Below are positions 59,604-64,000 of a DNA stretch of 64,000 bases, one piece after another. The stretch is from NCBI RefSeq assembly GCF_037042905.1, contig NC_087250.1, positions 12,278,001 to 12,342,000 on the forward strand, in the 5' to 3' direction. Both the position numbers and the translations under genes were made by a program. Each line of letters opens with the position of its first letter. Position 1 is the first letter of the stretch. Below the pieces are notes generated by a model. The model saw nothing but the letters and a program-made list of their open reading frames with translations, did no database searches and was not told the DNA's origin. This stretch comes from Lytechinus pictus (taxonomy: Eukaryota).

Positions 59604-60192
59604 AAGAATACTCCGGGCTGTAGATATTTACATAAAAAGAGGAAAAATCACAAAGCAAAATGCTGAAAATTTCATTAAAATCGGAAAATAAATAACAGAG
59701 TTATTTAATTTAAAAGATTTGCATTTTTCCGGTGAAAAAGTTATAGGCATGTCTTCATGATTATTCATTAGGTGAGCTGATGATGTCACATTCCAACTTT
59801 CCTTTTTATTATGTTATTAAATGAAATCATAATTGTTTCATTTTTCCACAAATGTGTGAATGATGTGTCTCCATTGTAATAGGTTGCAGAAATAAATAAC
59901 TAATGCTCTTAATCAGTTGTCAATCCAATTGTTTCAGTTCTTGGTTGAAAGTTTTGGAATAAACCTAATTTCATAAAATAAAATACGAAAGAACAAGTGG
60001 GGATGTGACATCATCGTCCCAGCTAATGAATATTCATGAATACATGCCTAGAACTGTTTCACCTGAATAATGCAAATCTTTAAAATTCATCAACTTTGTT
60101 ATTATCCGATATTGATCAAATTTTCAGCAGTTTGGTCTATGAATTGTAATTTATTTATTGATACATAAATATCCTCAGCCTGGAGCATCCCT
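59604..60192. mobile_element. TTAA-flanked MITE (Kolobok-like); related pieces at ~1385-1805 and ~16600-16915
   Basis: TTAA on both sides; imperfect TIR AAGAATACTCCGGGCTG / CAGCCTGGAGCATCCCT; internal inverted GCTGATGATGTCACA motif. Confidence 0.65.
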
Positions 60193-60885
60193 TTAAAAAG
60201 TTATTGGCATTACCTGGCACGGTAATGAGGTGTGTGTGTGTGTGTGGGGGGGGGGGGGCTCCCCTCCCCATGCAACCAAAATTGATTGGTTTTTATTTAA
60301 ATGATGATTTTCTATTTTGTACGTGTTGCATCCATTAAGGTTCCTTTGAAGTTGTTCTTCTTTGTCAGTTTTTTCCCAAACCCTCGGATTTTTAAAGACT
60401 TCAAATCAAATTGTCCACCAGTGCTCTGTAATGCAACATATGGCCCACGTCCCTACTCGGAAAAACACAGTGTTCCACAGTGCGTGTCACAGTGTGGAAC
60501 ACAATGTGAAATCGCCTTCACACTGTTCAATGTTAGCATTGCGAATTCACATAGACGCCCATGTGAACACGCTATGAACAGTCACACTTTCGAGATATCC
60601 ACAGTGTGAAAACAGACTGGTGTGAATCACATGTAGTCCACAGTGTGAACACATGTGCTGTGAAAACACTGTACACATTGTGTGACATTGCGTTCTTTCC
60701 AGCAGGATAATGGCGATGGCCAATCAAGATCATTGTTACATGTTCGTTATGTTCAAAACGCTTACGAGGAACCAATCACACGTGTTCTTTCTTTTGTGTG
60801 ACTAATTCTCTTGAGAATTGTAATTAACTAAAAAAAAAGGAGAAACAGACCGGTTCAACCTTTTTCATCATAAATAAATTGTGAT

Positions 60886-61149
60886 CAGGGGCGGATCCAG
60901 GGGTGGTATTCTGGAACACTGTCATAACTTTTGTCATAAATTTTGTCATTTCTCTCCGAGATTTTTCGAAAGGAGGGGGGGGCACATTATCCCGAGGAAA
61001 AAAAATGACAAGCAAAAAAAGGGATTAAACCCAAAATTATGGGTATTCTGTCCACGAAATAATTTGGCAAGCAAAAAAAATAATGATAAAAAAAAGTCTT
61101 TAATTTCAAGGGGGGCCGAGTGTCCCCCCCCCCCCTGGATTCGCCAGTG
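60886..61149. mobile_element. hAT-like MITE
   Basis: TIR CAGGGGCGGATCCAG / CTGGATTCGCCAGTG; 8-bp TSD ATTGTGAT. Confidence 0.82.
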
Positions 61150-61479
61150 ATTGTGATTTTTGATATGATATATTAACTCTTTATGCAACTGATAAATTGG
61201 AAAACGACGGTCCTACGATTACTAACGCACAGTGACTATTGTACTTACGACTATTGTACTTTATCGAAAGACAAGATAATTTTAAAGTTATTTAATTTAT
61301 CGATGAGGGTGTAGAGATATGTATATGTCACGTTACAATGTAAGCAGATTATATAAAGAACGAAACAATGGTTTATCTTAAACAATGCCTTTCCTGTTTA
61401 GTTCTTAGTTTTTGTTGTACAAAGATAGTGAATTAGGTGAAGAAATAATATATGTCTGGTATATGGCGCATACATTCAT

Positions 61480-61680
61480 AATTCCGAAGCTTCGTTATTC
61501 TGAAGGTTCGTATTTCCGAAGGTTCGTATTTCCGAAGGTTCGTTAGTCCGTAAACGAAGTGAGGTTCGAAATTCCGAAGGTTCGTCAATCCGAAAACGAA
61601 ATTAGATTCGTTAATAATTTCATTTTCGGACTAACGAACCTTCGGAATGTCGAACCTCCGGAATTACGAAGTGTAACCGG
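61480..61680. repeat. Tandem/inverted TTCCGAAGGTTCGT repeats (transposon subterminal-type); relative at ~59195-59330
   Basis: Repeated TTCGTATTTCCGAAGG units with an inverted copy CGAACCTTCGGAAT. Confidence 0.6.
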
Positions 61681-62174
61681 TATATGGTCCCTTAAGTCTG
61701 CGCCGTCCCCTTGTCTACGCACACGCGTATCTTCGCGATTCAACTTACACATACAATACATAGAAAGACATTCAAAATGGTGGGGGAAAATATTGAATTT
61801 CTGGCATTTAATGTGACGGTCTGAATATGCAGCCTTTCTCATCGAAATCCCCTAAGCGTGTGTAAAGTGAAAGGGTGCGCAGACATAGGGCACTTTTTTG
61901 GGGGGGGGGGGTGGTTCAATATGAAAATGATTGGCTGAGGTTTTGTTTCAAGAAAAACGTATTATTTCTTTCGATATTTCATGATATTTTTGGCACACAT
62001 ACTCACATAGAAATAAACATTATCAACTGGAAATTCCTGTAAAATAAAAATAAATGCATGCTTAATTTTAACTCAAAGATTTAAGTGCGCAGATATGCTC
62101 CCCCCCCCCCCCCTTCATGTACAAAAAAGATGAGAAGCGGGCACTAATTAAGAGAGACTAGGGCAGAGAGAAAC

Positions 62175-62240
62175 CAACGAACGTAGAGGGCAGCACCACA
62201 CAGCAATACTGCAAAGTGTTGCTGCCCTCTACGTTCGTTG
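62175..62240. mobile_element. 66-bp MITE/hairpin
   Basis: Perfect 21-bp TIR CAACGAACGTAGAGGGCAGCA; flanks AGAGAAAC / AGAGAAAA. Confidence 0.75.
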
Positions 62241-62518
62241 AGAGAAAATTAAGCAGGTACGTGTGCTTACCACTGAACTGAAAATACGTATTTCCAGTAC
62301 AGTGGTGCTTACGCGCTAGTGTGTGTGAGGGAAAGAAAGAGAGAGAGAGAGATCATCAGTTGAGGGAATGGGCTGATTGATATGAATTCAGCACATATTT
62401 GATTAATTATCTCGAAATCTAATCGCTGCCTGAATGAAATTCAATGGCCACCCCCTCCACCTACCGCGAAAAGGATAGTGATACATGATAATAATGAAAA
62501 GGAAATAACAGGATCTCG

Positions 62519-62832
62519 TCACGGCAATTCGAATAAACAGAATACATCAAGTATTCTGACGGAACTGGTTCTTCTAGAGTGAGGACTTTTTACCCAAAAG
62601 GATCTCTTGGGTTCTTCTGCGACTCTCAAAGTACTGAGATAAACTGAATAAAGTTCTCGAAAAGGCTTGCCGATCAAAACGTAGAGAGTTTTCGAATCGT
62701 AGCTGCTTATAACCACGTTACCGTTTTCGAATTCCCTCCGGCCCGCGAATGAGATCTCGCGTAACTTGAAGTTGTCCACGTCTGAGAACTCGATGGAGTG
62801 TTTTTCATAGCTAGGCCAGAACAGACGGCGCC
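62519..62832 (-). CDS. Terminal coding exon of a degenerate YWTD/LDLR class B beta-propeller protein (GRRLFWPSYEKHSIEFSDVDNFKLREISF…FELP*)
   Basis: Minus-strand pyrimidine tract + cag acceptor; 104-codon open frame to TGA; RRLFW…SIEFSDVD resembles the YWTD repeat pattern RRLYWxDxxxxxIExxxLDG. Confidence 0.7.
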
Positions 62833-62929
62833 CTGACTTTTAGAAATATAAAAGAAAGTGATGGAAACATTTCTTTAATATTACTTTTTAAGCAAATTTC
62901 CCCGCTTAAGTTTACATATCTTGTAAGGA

Positions 62930-63410
62930 AGATAATAATGATGATAATGATAATGATAATGAGAGCAATAATAAAAAAATAATAATAACAATAATAACGA
63001 TATTTATAATAATGATACTAATAATAATAATAACGATAATAATAATAATAATGTTGATAATAGCAATAATGATGATGATGATAATAATAATAATACTAGT
63101 AATAATAACAATAATAATGATAATGGTAATAATATCAATAATGATAATGATGATGATAATAATAATAATAATGAGGATAATGATAATAATAAAAATAAAA
63201 ATGATAATGATAATAATAATCAGGATAATAATAATAAAAATAATGATAATGATAATATCAATAATAATAATAACAATAAAAAAGATAATGGTAATAATAA
63301 TAATAATGCGGATAATGATAATAATGATAACAATCAAAATGATAATGATAACAATATCAATAATAATAATAATGATAATAATAATAACAATAATAATAAC
63401 AACAACAACA
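62930..63410. repeat. (AAT/GAT)n degenerate trinucleotide microsatellite inside the GC-AG intron
   Basis: Direct reading. Confidence 0.9.
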
Positions 63411-63798
63411 CCTGCTGTAAAGAACACGGTGTCACACAGTGTGTTCATTATTTACGCTTTTGCTCAAATTGCTCAATATTGAACAGTGTGAAGATATTTT
63501 CACACTGTGGACACCTCGACAGTGTGACTGTTCACAGAGTGTTCATATGGGCGCCGAAGTCCAGTGGTTCTGTCTCATCTTTAAATCAGAGGGCTCAATC
63601 GTTCCATCACTTAGCTACCTGGATAATGCAACTATTTTTTCAAAGTCATTTTAATTAACAAAACCAGCTGAACCAATGAACTTTTATGTAATAGCTTATT
63701 TGTCAGCATCCCTGAACAGATTCAAAAGAATTCAATATATTTAATGACAGATAAGCTTAACTCCACAATCTTGTCTTCGAAAAAAATGAATGACTTGC

Positions 63799-63917
63799 CC
63801 TTTTTATCGAAATGCAGGAATTTTGCTTCTGTGTTTTCGGCGAAGATGCTCGTTTGAACTATGTTATCAGTGACGTTGACTTTGATGATGTTTTCCAATG
63901 ATCCTAGATATATCATT
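63799..63917 (-). CDS. Penultimate exon of the same YWTD-like gene (MIYLGSLENIIKVNVTDNIVQTSIFAENTEAKFLHFDKK)
   Basis: taataacag acceptor; GC donor G|gcaagt in phase 1 joins in frame to 62832 giving FLHFDKKGRRLFW; gene continues beyond the window end. Confidence 0.65.
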
Positions 63918-64000
63918 CTGTTATTAAACGATATGAAATTGAGAAGACTGAATGTCTGACAATGTCACACAGTTAAAACTAAACCAAAATAAAATATGTA

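Overview
AT-rich, repeat-dense eukaryotic genomic DNA from an animal. The SINE/MITE repertoire and gene content suggest an invertebrate deuterostome such as a sea urchin (inference). Main gene (+ strand, 31568-55754): 14 coding exons, joined by GT-AG introns with consistent phases, encode ~461 aa of a coiled-coil plus C-terminal Rab GTPase of the large-Rab CRACR2A/Rab46 (EFCAB4B)-Rab44-RASEF group, ending in KKKRKCCNF. Its 5' exon(s) and EF-hands could not be found, and both switch regions are divergent. Facing it on the - strand are the last two visible exons (62519-62832, 63799-63917) of a degenerate YWTD/LDLR-class-B propeller gene, joined by a GC-AG intron. The rest is transposon-derived or low-complexity: a 5'-truncated L2/Crack-type LINE, LINE 3' stubs, tRNA-derived SINEs, Helentron-type non-autonomous elements, many MITEs and microsatellites. 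The most unusual non-coding signals are four 14-20 bp CATG-ended palindromes with 7-bp target duplications (probable P-superfamily excision footprints, two with empty paralogous sites in the window) and a four-level nested stack of hAT-like elements with all target duplications intact. No prokaryotic features, CRISPR arrays or true RNA genes were found.
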